From the NCBI GenBank assembly GCA_021736525.1, contig JAIPFR010000001.1:891-64890 (forward strand): a DNA stretch of 64,000 bases, in the 5' to 3' direction. A model generated the notes under the pieces. That model worked only from the letters and a program-made list of their open reading frames with translations. It had not been told where the DNA came from and did not search any database. The stretch's first letter is position 1. Each line of letters begins with the position of its first letter. The position numbers and the translations under genes were made by a program. Shown piece by piece: positions 18,704 through 26,820 of this stretch. Source of the stretch: Spirochaetia bacterium (GTDB taxonomy: Bacteria > Spirochaetota > Spirochaetia > JABMQR01).

Positions 18704-20962
18704 ATGGAAAAACACAAACGACGTCTGATAACCTCAGCCTTACCCTATGTCAACAACATTCCTCACCTTGGAAACCTTATTCAGGTGCTTTCAGCAGATG
18801 TTTTTGCACGATTCTGCCGGATCCGCGGGTATGAAACCCTCTATGTCTGCGGAACTGATGAATATGGGACGGCAACCGAAACCCGCGCTCTGCAGGAGGG
18901 AATAACTCCGCAGGAATTATGTGACCACTACAATGAAATACATACGGAAATATATGACTGGTTCACCATCGCTTTCGACCGTTTCGGAAGGACTTCAACC
19001 CCGAAGCAGACAGAAATTGTCCAGGATATTTTCACCAAAGCTGATGCTGCAGGCTATATAGTCGAGCGTGAGATTGATCAGCTTTTCTGCCATTCCTGCG
19101 ATCGTTTCCTTGCTGATCGTTTTGTCCACGGCATCTGTCCACATTGCGGGTATGAAGATGCCAGAGGTGATCAGTGTGAGCATTGCGGCAAATTGCTTGA
19201 CCCTACCGAGCTGTCTCACCCTGAGTGCGGCGTTTGCGGAAGCGAGCCTGAGCTGCGCTCGACAAAACACCTCTACCTGGATCTTCCCAGGGTACTTCCC
19301 TTGCTGGAAAATTGGATTGATAAAGCTTCAGTAGAAGGATTCTGGGCTAGAAATGCCGTTCAGATGACTAAAAGCTGGATCAGGGACGGTTTGAAGGAAC
19401 GCTGCATAACCCGTGATTTGAAATGGGGAATTCCGGTTCCAAAGGAAGGATACGAAGGGAAAGTTTTTTATGTCTGGTTTGATGCTCCTATAGGTTACAT
19501 ATCTATTTCAGCCAATCATACAGACGACTGGGAATCGTGGTGGAAAAATCCTGAAGAGGTGGAACTCTTTCAATTTATCGGAAAGGATAATATTCCGTTC
19601 CATACCGTAATTTTCCCCAGCTCACTGCTTGCAAGCGGTGACAACTGGACGCTGCTGCACCATATGTCATCAACAGAATATTTAAACTATGAAAACGGCA
19701 AATTCTCAAAAAGCAAGGGGATAGGCGTGTTCGGTACCGATGCCCGGGATACCGGAATTCCTGCTGACGTCTGGCGTTTCTATATCTACTATAATCGTCC
19801 TGAAAAAGCAGATGCTCAATTTACCTGGGCTGATTTTCAAGAAAAGGTTAACGGCGAACTTATCGGTAATCTTGGTAATCTGGTAAACCGGACGATTTCC
19901 TTTATCAATCGATTTTATGACAGCATTGTCCCTGAGGGTGTTGTAGACCCGGATTTTCTAAGAGAAATACAAAAACGTGAAGCTGAAGTAACGCAGCACC
20001 TTGAGCGGGCTGAGCTCAGGGACGGTCTCAGGAAAATTTTTGCTCTTTCGTCTTTCGGCAACAGGACTTTTCAGGCCGGGGAGCCTTGGAAAAGCCGCAA
20101 GGAACAGCCGGAAGCAGCAGCCGGGCTGATCAGAAGCCTGGCCTATCTGATCAGGGATCTTGGAATCATGATAGAGCCCTATCTTCCGGGAACATCCAGA
20201 CGCATTCTCGGATTTTTCGGGGTTGAAGAGATTGCCTGGGATCAGTTAGGAGAGTTTACCGGCCTGGGTTCTGTGGGTAAGGCCGAAATTCTTTTTGATA
20301 AACTTGAAGACGAAGCAATAGCCCTGCTTCGTGATAAGTTTTCGGGTACTCAGGATGATCGCAAGCTTGAAGCCTCAAAGGATTCAAAGGATTCAAAGGA
20401 GAAAAAGATGGAGATGAATAAGGAACAATCTGTCAGCGAGCAGCCTCAGGAAGTACCTGCCGAAGTTCGGTTCAATGAGACTGCGGATTTGCGGGCAGCC
20501 AGAATAACTGCCGTGGAACGGCATCCTGAAGCTGATAAGCTCTACATAGAAACCCTTGATGTCGGTGAGAGCGAATCGCGCACGATAGTTTCCGGACTGG
20601 TTCCTTTTTATTCCGAAGATGAGCTGCTGGGAAGGACAATCATTCTCGTATATAATTTAAAGCCCGCAAAGCTTAGAGGGGTGAAAAGTAACGGGATGCT
20701 GCTGGCGGCAAGCTGTAACAGCGCTGAAGGCGTAAAAGAAGAGGTGGAAGTCCTCTTTGCCGACTGGGCTGAGCCAGGGCAGAGGATTTCTGTCGGGGAT
20801 CTCCAAATTCCAGCTGAAGACAGGAAGAGAATAACCGTTGATGCATTTTTCTCCATCCCGATTTCTGTTACCGATCACGAGGTAAAAGTCGGCAGCCTGC
20901 CCCTTTCAGCAGCGGGAAAAATTATTCGAACTGACAGAATCTCTCATGGAGATGTTGGTTAA
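18704..20962 (+). CDS. metG: Methionine--tRNA ligase with C-terminal tRNA-binding (Trbp111-like) domain
   Basis: ITSALPYVN..HLGN, GTDEYGT, four CxxC zinc-knuckle motifs, YVWFDA, GKDNIPFH, KFSKS, C-terminal HPEADKL..SNGMLL. Confidence 0.97.
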   Translation: MEKHKRRLITSALPYVNNIPHLGNLIQVLSADVFARFCRIRGYETLYVCGTDEYGTATETRALQEGITPQELCDHYNEIHTEIYDWFTIAFDRFGRTSTPKQTEIVQDIFTKADAAGYIVEREIDQLFCHSCDRFLADRFVHGICPHCGYEDARGDQCEHCGKLLDPTELSHPECGVCGSEPELRSTKHLYLDLPRVLPLLENWIDKASVEGFWARNAVQMTKSWIRDGLKERCITRDLKWGIPVPKEGYEGKVFYVWFDAPIGYISISANHTDDWESWWKNPEEVELFQFIGKDNIPFHTVIFPSSLLASGDNWTLLHHMSSTEYLNYENGKFSKSKGIGVFGTDARDTGIPADVWRFYIYYNRPEKADAQFTWADFQEKVNGELIGNLGNLVNRTISFINRFYDSIVPEGVVDPDFLREIQKREAEVTQHLERAELRDGLRKIFALSSFGNRTFQAGEPWKSRKEQPEAAAGLIRSLAYLIRDLGIMIEPYLPGTSRRILGFFGVEEIAWDQLGEFTGLGSVGKAEILFDKLEDEAIALLRDKFSGTQDDRKLEASKDSKDSKEKKMEMNKEQSVSEQPQEVPAEVRFNETADLRAARITAVERHPEADKLYIETLDVGESESRTIVSGLVPFYSEDELLGRTIILVYNLKPAKLRGVKSNGMLLAASCNSAEGVKEEVEVLFADWAEPGQRISVGDLQIPAEDRKRITVDAFFSIPISVTDHEVKVGSLPLSAAGKIIRTDRISHGDVG
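20375..20400 (+). repeat. 9-bp tandem repeat (TCAAAGGAT, about 3 copies) in the MetG linker
   Basis: tcaaaggat tcaaaggat tcaaagga, encoding SKDSKDSKE. Confidence 0.85.
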
Positions 20963-22031
20963 GCCTGCCTCTCTGCAGGCGCTTGAGAATGCAGACAATC
21001 CCTTCCAGTCCAGATTCTGGGCAGAAGTAAAAAAAACTAACGGATGGGATCCGCACGCATTTACTCTCTTCTCTGCAGATGCCGGATCTGGAGGACTCTC
21101 AGATTCCATTGGCGGCAGAGTTTTGCTTGTCCTGACAAAAAGAATTTTCCCGGGAGCTGTCATTGCCTATATCCCTTTCGGACCTGACTTGCCGCAAGGG
21201 CATATGGATACTTTAGAAATGAGGCAATTGACTGCTCACCTGCAAAGATCAATAATTCAAAAACTTTTCCTTGTACGATTCGACTTCCCCTGGAATTCAG
21301 TTATTACACGTAAGGACGGCAGCAGAACACCAGGCAGAGATCGATCCAGGCTGTCTCCCCGGCCTCTATCCTATGCCATTCAGCCTGAAGCGACATTGCT
21401 GCTTGATTTAACTCCTTCCCTGGATACTATATATGCCAATTTCAGGAAACGGGCTAAACGGCATATCGCAAAGGGGCTTCAGTCGTTTAGAACGGAAGTA
21501 TATACCGATCCTGTTCCTGAAGAGGTGTTTTCCGACTGGTATGATATTTACAGAACTACTGCCCGCCGGGACGGCTTTAATCCACGTTCAGCTGAATATC
21601 TTCAAAAAATGCTGAGCACGGCAAACGATGACAGCAAATCCTCGGGATGTATGCTTATCGCAGCACGACAACATAACCGCATGGTTGCCGCCAGCATAAC
21701 GCTCATATCCAAAAGCATTGCTGTATACTTGTTTGGTGCTTCTTTACGTTCAGATGACCAACAATGCAGCCCTTCATATCTTGTGCAGTGGCAGGCTATT
21801 CAGGAAGCAAAGCGTCGGGGCTGCAGGGTGTATGATTTTTTTGGTATATCTCCTGCTGATGCCTCTGTTTCCGGAAAACCTCATCATCTTCAGAGTCTCT
21901 CCCAATTCAAGCAGTCCTTCGGCGGTCTGTATGCTGAAAGGCCGGGCACCTGGGATGTTCCGCTGCGTCCGTTGACCTATAAGCTGTTTTCTATGGCAGA
22001 AAAGTACCGCATACGTGCTGCACGTTCATAA
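20946..22031 (+). CDS. FemAB/FemX-family tRNA-dependent peptidoglycan peptidyltransferase
   Basis: FQS.FWAEVK, YIPFGP, IQPEATLLLDL, TARRDGF, YLFGAS, YLVQWQAIQEAK.RG..YDFFGI, FKQSFGG. Confidence 0.9.
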   Translation: MEMLVKPASLQALENADNPFQSRFWAEVKKTNGWDPHAFTLFSADAGSGGLSDSIGGRVLLVLTKRIFPGAVIAYIPFGPDLPQGHMDTLEMRQLTAHLQRSIIQKLFLVRFDFPWNSVITRKDGSRTPGRDRSRLSPRPLSYAIQPEATLLLDLTPSLDTIYANFRKRAKRHIAKGLQSFRTEVYTDPVPEEVFSDWYDIYRTTARRDGFNPRSAEYLQKMLSTANDDSKSSGCMLIAARQHNRMVAASITLISKSIAVYLFGASLRSDDQQCSPSYLVQWQAIQEAKRRGCRVYDFFGISPADASVSGKPHHLQSLSQFKQSFGGLYAERPGTWDVPLRPLTYKLFSMAEKYRIRAARS

Positions 22032-22056
22032 AACATCTTTGTTGCGGAATCTTTTT

Positions 22057-23421
22057 TCATCCGATACTGCCGGTATTCAATGGTGACCGCTTATTGCACA
22101 ATAAACGGAAACGATCTCCTCTGTCGAATTCATGGAGAAACAGTTCAAACGAAGAGGCACCAGGGGAGAGCAAGACACAGCTTGGTGTATCCATGTCATC
22201 ATCATTGAAAGCTATTTCACTCGCAGCATTAAAGGCTTTCTCCATAGAAGAGTGAGGACCGGTAAATTGTATATTTTCAGCAATCAGAAGGGGGATGAGT
22301 TTTCGCGTCAGTGATCCATCTAGAAGATGAACCGTTGCTGATCGCCTGCATGCCTCAACCAGATTATCCAGTTCGAGGTTTTTGTCAGTTCCACCGGCAA
22401 TAAGGTGTACTTTCTGGCTGCTGAACCTGGAAACCGCAAAAAGGGCTGCTTCCGGTACAGTTGCAGCGCTGTCATTAATGAAGGAAATTTTTCTTTTCCC
22501 GCGGAATTGTACAGCCGCTGTCTCTTGTCGATGAGGGATGCCGGGAAAATTTTCCAGTCTTTTGACAATCTGATCGTTTGAAACACCCCAGACTGAGCAG
22601 GCCGATGCTGCCGGGATCAATTCATATGAAATATCAGCCAGTGGTTGAGTTGAGTCCAAGTGAATATTTGCTGAACGATTTGTCTGGAAAAAGAGTATCT
22701 CAGGGGCATCGGCTGCATGGTAGTTTATAATATGTCTGACTTCAGCCGGCGCAACTGCTTTACCGTGGGGTTTTAACAAACTGAATATTTTACATTTATC
22801 TGAAAAATAGTCGTTTAATGAGGCATAAGCATTGAGATGATCAGAAAACAATGATGTGAGAACAGCAAGAGATAAGTATTTACCTTTATTTGAATTATAT
22901 CGGGCAGCATCACGAAGCTGCCATGAGGACATTTCTGCTATAAGTACGGTTTTTTTTCTTTCTTCTGCAGTCATAGCCTCAACTTGCTCGAGTGCGGTAA
23001 AAGGTGATATTCCCATATTGCCCATCAGGATTGGATTTGCATCAGAATTTTCAAGTATGTAGGCTATGGCCGATGCAGTGGTCGATTTACCTTTTGTTCC
23101 GGTAATGCCTATGACAGGCAGTTGAAACAGGGGCAGGGTATAGGAAAAATCACTTTGTACATTTCGGCAGCCGGAAAGAATGGAAAGATCAGGGGCAGCT
23201 GCAGGGCTTTTTATTATCAAATCGGCAGAATGTACCACGTGCTCAGGATGACTTTCTAAATAGTAGGTTATAGGGTAATCTTTCAGCTGTTTAATAGAAT
23301 TCGCTAATCGGGATTTATCTGCCAGATCGGTAACGACGACTGAATGTCCTGCTTTTGCAAAATATGCTGCTGCTCCAGTTCCGCCTCCATGCTGGCCTAA
23401 TCCGAATATCAAAACATTCAT
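22057..23421 (-). CDS. murD: UDP-N-acetylmuramoyl-L-alanine--D-glutamate ligase
   Basis: GLGQHGGG, GITGTKGKSTT, GNMG, EMSSWQL, DHLNAY, PHRQE, NDSAAT.P, GGTDK, LLSPGASSF..F..RG. Confidence 0.93.
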   Translation of the reverse strand: MNVLIFGLGQHGGGTGAAAYFAKAGHSVVVTDLADKSRLANSIKQLKDYPITYYLESHPEHVVHSADLIIKSPAAAPDLSILSGCRNVQSDFSYTLPLFQLPVIGITGTKGKSTTASAIAYILENSDANPILMGNMGISPFTALEQVEAMTAEERKKTVLIAEMSSWQLRDAARYNSNKGKYLSLAVLTSLFSDHLNAYASLNDYFSDKCKIFSLLKPHGKAVAPAEVRHIINYHAADAPEILFFQTNRSANIHLDSTQPLADISYELIPAASACSVWGVSNDQIVKRLENFPGIPHRQETAAVQFRGKRKISFINDSAATVPEAALFAVSRFSSQKVHLIAGGTDKNLELDNLVEACRRSATVHLLDGSLTRKLIPLLIAENIQFTGPHSSMEKAFNAASEIAFNDDDMDTPSCVLLSPGASSFELFLHEFDRGDRFRLLCNKRSPLNTGSIG

Positions 23422-23477
23422 GCTGCTCCTGGCTGCTCCTGCGTGCAGAAATTAATTGCTTCCCAGATTTCCCTTAC

Positions 23478-23506
23478 ATTATAGTTGGCAGCACCGATAA
23501 TTACAA
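23478..23506 (-). promoter_or_regulatory. Putative sigma70 promoter of murD
   Basis: Minus strand TTGTAA-17 nt-TATAAT. Confidence 0.55.
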
Positions 23507-23533
23507 TAATTACTGGTGCTTCACCTGAACCCC

Positions 23534-23562
23534 TTGACCTCAATAAGCTTAATAGGCATAAT
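23534..23562 (+). promoter_or_regulatory. Putative sigma70 promoter of the bS22-type gene
   Basis: TTGACC-17 nt-CATAAT; SD TAAGGAG at 23582-23588. Confidence 0.6.
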
Positions 23563-23595
23563 GTGCGAGACTTTGAATAAGTAAGGAGCTTAACT

Positions 23596-23685
23596 GTGCC
23601 CTGTGGAAAAAAAAGAAAAAGACATAAGATTGCAACTCACAAAAGAAAGAAAAAATTAAGAAAGAATAGGCATAAGAAAAAATAA
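23596..23685 (+). CDS. 30S ribosomal protein bS22 (AURKAIP1/COX24/mS38-like), 29 aa, absent from the ORF track
   Basis: GTG start, translated by hand as MPCGKKRKRHKIATHKRKKKLRKNRHKKK, matching the MPxGKKRKRHKxxTHKRKKxLRKNRHKKK family pattern; has SD, promoter and terminator. Confidence 0.9.
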   Translation: MPCGKKRKRHKIATHKRKKKLRKNRHKKK

Positions 23686-23726
23686 AAAGATAATTCCAGA
23701 AGATATACTGATTTTCTGGAATTGTC
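23680..23726 (-). terminator. Intrinsic terminator of the UDPGP gene
   Basis: Inverted repeat gataattccagaagat/attttctggaattgtc (23689-23726) followed on the minus strand by TTTTTATTTTTT. Confidence 0.65.
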
Positions 23727-23774
23727 AGGATTAGCAGCAGAATGATCCTGCAGCTGTAATGACTCTTTGCTGAG

Positions 23775-23822
23775 AAGCTGTTCCCGATAGAATACTGAAA
23801 AGTACAGGGAACGGCTTTTTTC
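23775..23822 (+). terminator. Intrinsic terminator downstream of the bS22-type gene
   Basis: Stem aagctgttccc/gggaacggctt enclosing a tact-GAAA-agta hairpin, followed by a T run. Confidence 0.6.
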
Positions 23823-23892
23823 TGTCCTTGCTGCAATCAAGTCTAGACAGTATATTTTTGTTACCAGCGTTTATTCTGCTGTATATTCCCGG

Positions 23893-25437
23893 TTAAAGTT
23901 CCAGCGGTTCAGGAACCCATTTTCCTTCTGACAGTCTCATTCCATATGTATGCTCAAGTAAATAGTGAAGACCTCGCTGCATGGCTAAACTGAGATTGCA
24001 GAAGTCTTTGTAGGATCTGTCATGAGACAGCAGCTGCGGTGCAATTTCATCAGCCCGAGATGTCAGAAGCATCTCTGAAAGCATTTTTGCCGCAAGAAAG
24101 CGTTTCGGTTTTTCTACTGCCAGAATCAGAGGATGAGGTATCATCTCAAGAACTTCCCAAGTAATCTGTTCGGCTTGAGCATATTTGCCGGCATCCTTGT
24201 CCTGTTCACTTATTCGTACGGGAAGGTTTTCTATTATAGCATCCAGACTTTTCGTCAGATACCGCAGATCAAAAATACCGGATGCGCAATTGAAAAGTAT
24301 TTCTTTACCAAGCTTTTCTGCTTCGTTAACTGAAGATACCGGGATGGCGGCTCCGATGTCAGCACAGACGAATCGTCCTGATGCAGCGTGCTCTACAAGA
24401 ATCCCACCCTTAACATCTACGGGGGTTTTGCGGGAGAATTCAAATGAAGCCTGGGATCCGTTGAGCACTGTAAGAGCAAGGTGAACCGGGTCAGGAACAT
24501 TGCCAAGATTGTCAATATTAACCAGAGTACTCAAATAGTAACCGTTGGAAAAAAGTTTTTCGTAGACAGGCCGCAGAACTGAAAAATTCTGGCCATGTCC
24601 CCCGGGAAGCGGCAGAAGTGCGTCACGCTTTCCGTAGGCTTCAGTAAATACTTTGCGGGGAAAGCCGACTTCTTTATGGGTCAAGGCGGCAAGAAGCGGT
24701 TGTGTTTCACTTTGAACATTTGTAATGTCAAAACCAATGCGTTCAATGAGATCTATAAGCAGCGGAGAACTGCTGAAGGATTTATATGCTGATTCAAGGG
24801 AATTTGCTGTAGAGGGATTTCTCATTTCAAAAATAGGGATTCGGATTTTTTTGCCGGTATGTTTTTCAGCTTCAAGCATTAACAAGAGCAGCGCCCGCAT
24901 TTTGAGCTCAATAAAAGAAAAACCGGGAGAGCCGTCTGGATTGACATAAGCCGGCACAAGTGCTTTTGGCTTATCTATGCAGTACCCGGCATTCTCCTGA
25001 TAAGATTTTCCAAGAATAGAAAAAAGGGGTGGGAGATAGGAACTGTTACGCTTATCATCTATATAGCTTGTTGCCGACCCGCCGTTAAGAATTCCGTAAG
25101 CTGTTACTCCAAGCAGGTTCAGTCCTAATTTACGTAAATTATTATAATCAAAAGTGACATCATATTTTCCATCAGGTCTGCAGTAATGATCTATAGCAAG
25201 GTCAGGGAGCAGGGAAATAACTCGTTCTACAGCTTTCTTTCTGGACAGAGTCAAGGAGAGGCTGTCAGAGGGATATGCTATGGAAGGAGAACGGGTGTCT
25301 GGTATAAAATACTGGTTATGAATATCCTGTTCCGGGGAAGACTCCGCATTAGCTTTCCGTAGAATATCAAGGGTTGCCTGTTTGTCGATACTATAGTTGA
25401 TGTAGGGTAAGTCGATGATCTCATTTTTTTTTTGCAT
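23893..25437 (-). CDS. UTP--glucose-1-phosphate uridylyltransferase, UDPGP (eukaryote-like) family
   Basis: GILNGG.ATSY..PKA, PLPGGHG, VNIDNLG, KTPVDVKGGIL, FNCASG, RFLAAK. Confidence 0.8.
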   Translation of the reverse strand: MQKKNEIIDLPYINYSIDKQATLDILRKANAESSPEQDIHNQYFIPDTRSPSIAYPSDSLSLTLSRKKAVERVISLLPDLAIDHYCRPDGKYDVTFDYNNLRKLGLNLLGVTAYGILNGGSATSYIDDKRNSSYLPPLFSILGKSYQENAGYCIDKPKALVPAYVNPDGSPGFSFIELKMRALLLLMLEAEKHTGKKIRIPIFEMRNPSTANSLESAYKSFSSSPLLIDLIERIGFDITNVQSETQPLLAALTHKEVGFPRKVFTEAYGKRDALLPLPGGHGQNFSVLRPVYEKLFSNGYYLSTLVNIDNLGNVPDPVHLALTVLNGSQASFEFSRKTPVDVKGGILVEHAASGRFVCADIGAAIPVSSVNEAEKLGKEILFNCASGIFDLRYLTKSLDAIIENLPVRISEQDKDAGKYAQAEQITWEVLEMIPHPLILAVEKPKRFLAAKMLSEMLLTSRADEIAPQLLSHDRSYKDFCNLSLAMQRGLHYLLEHTYGMRLSEGKWVPEPLEL

Positions 25438-25527
25438 AAGTAATAATACTCTGCTGACAGGTTAAAAATCAAGATTTCTTTTCAATTTGCCAGATGGTTT
25501 ATTTACAGGAGAAGCAAAGCCTGGTTG

Positions 25528-25556
25528 TTGACAATTGCATAACTCTATGGTAGTTT
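25528..25556 (+). promoter_or_regulatory. sigma70 promoter of the rpsF operon
   Basis: TTGACA-17 nt-TAGTTT with extended -10 TG. Confidence 0.7.
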
Positions 25557-25563
25557 GCTTTGA

Positions 25564-25607
25564 CCTCTTTATCCGCAGTCAGCGGATCATTATAGTCCAC
25601 AAGGAGG
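25564..25607 (+). promoter_or_regulatory. S6:S18 ribosomal protein leader (autoregulatory RNA element)
   Basis: CCTCTTT pairs with SD AAGGAGG; inner hairpin ATCCGC-agtca-GCGGAT; unpaired TAGTCCA (CCR motif) just 5' of the SD; directly upstream of rpsF-ssb-rpsR. Confidence 0.75.
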
Positions 25608-25611
25608 GAGT

Positions 25612-25893
25612 ATGAGAACCTACGAATTTACTGTTATTCTTCGAGCAGAAGAAGATGCAGCCGCTAAAGGAAAAGAACTTGTCAAGAAGGAACTGGCCAA
25701 TGCAAACGCGGCTATCCTTAAGGAAGAAGATCTTGGCATACGTGTTCTCGCATACCCAATCAAGAAGGAAGAAAAGGGACGTTATCTCTACATGGAACTT
25801 CAGGCGGATCCTGCCGTTATTTCTGTAATAGAGAAAAACTGTCTTTTGATGAATCCCGTGCTGAAATTCTTGTTTGTAAAAAAAGAATCATAG
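25612..25893 (+). CDS. rpsF: 30S ribosomal protein S6
   Basis: MRTYE..IL, G.RVLAYPIKK..GRY. Confidence 0.96.
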   Translation: MRTYEFTVILRAEEDAAAKGKELVKKELANANAAILKEEDLGIRVLAYPIKKEEKGRYLYMELQADPAVISVIEKNCLLMNPVLKFLFVKKES

Positions 25894-25911
25894 ATATCGG
25901 AGAGCGTTTTT

Positions 25912-26388
25912 ATGGCAAACGATATAAACATGGTCGTTTTGGTAGGACGGCTCACGCGTGATGCTGAGCTCAGGTATACCAATTCCGGTACCGCTGTCTG
26001 CAAATTTTCTCTTGCCGTTAACCGAAAAAAGAGGTCGGGCGACACATGGGAAGATGAAGTAAGTTTTTTCGATATTGTTGTATGGGGAAAACAGGGAGAG
26101 GCGGTGAGTCGGTACCTGGAGAAGGGAAAGCAAGTTTCCGTAGCAGGAGAGCTGCGCCAAAATCGATGGGAACAGGATGGGCAGCCGCGCAGTAAAGTGG
26201 AAGTCGTCGTGACTAATCTGCAGCTGCTTGGCGGAGGCGGTCCAACCGGGACAGGTCAGGGTACTCCGCAAGGTAGAGCTTCAGCGGGACCAAGTATGCA
26301 AAAACCTGAACCTGCCAGATCTGCAGGATCCGGAAATGATTATTCCTATTCTGGTCCTGAACAATTTGATGATGACATACCTTTTTAA
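25912..26388 (+). CDS. ssb: Single-stranded DNA-binding protein
   Basis: VVLVGRLTRDAELRYT OB fold; C-terminal FDDDIPF. Confidence 0.98.
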   Translation: MANDINMVVLVGRLTRDAELRYTNSGTAVCKFSLAVNRKKRSGDTWEDEVSFFDIVVWGKQGEAVSRYLEKGKQVSVAGELRQNRWEQDGQPRSKVEVVVTNLQLLGGGGPTGTGQGTPQGRASAGPSMQKPEPARSAGSGNDYSYSGPEQFDDDIPF

Positions 26389-26412
26389 GAGGATTGAGGA
26401 GAAATTGCAAAA

Positions 26413-26802
26413 ATGAGTGAAGAAGCAAAAGCACCTGCTGCAGGCAGCACCAACACTAGACCAGCTCCGCAGCGGCAGAATGATAACAGAAGCTACGGCG
26501 GCGGAGATAACCGTGATCGTGACGGACGGGACAGTCGGGACAGTCGTGACAGAAGACGAGGTCCAGGCGGTCCCAGGCGTCCTGGCGGCAGCGGCATGTT
26601 CAGAAAGAAAGTATGCCGATTCTGCACACAGAACCTTAAGGCTGATTATAAGGATTTTGACGGCCTTAGAAGATTTATTACTGAAAGAGGCAAAATATTG
26701 CCGAGAAGAATAACCGGAACCTGTGCTAAGCACCAGAGAACACTTTCAACAGAAATCAAGAAAGCTCGGGTACTTGCATATTTACCGTTTGAAAAGAAGT
26801 AG
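26413..26802 (+). CDS. rpsR: 30S ribosomal protein S18, zinc-binding form, long N-terminal extension
   Basis: [40 protein letters not shown]. Confidence 0.97.
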   Translation: MSEEAKAPAAGSTNTRPAPQRQNDNRSYGGGDNRDRDGRDSRDSRDRRRGPGGPRRPGGSGMFRKKVCRFCTQNLKADYKDFDGLRRFITERGKILPRRITGTCAKHQRTLSTEIKKARVLAYLPFEKK

Positions 26803-26820
26803 AAGCAGATATCTTATCTA

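Noticed and set aside
23549..23840. Two minus-strand ORFs (95 aa and 67 aa) in the ORF track
   Set aside because: Phe-rich antisense shadows of the A-rich bS22 gene and terminators; no SD and no recognisable motifs.
25424..25433. A10 run just after the UDPGP start codon as a phase-variation tract
   Set aside because: A/T runs of 8-9 nt occur in several essential genes here (e.g. dnaB) and the frame is intact.
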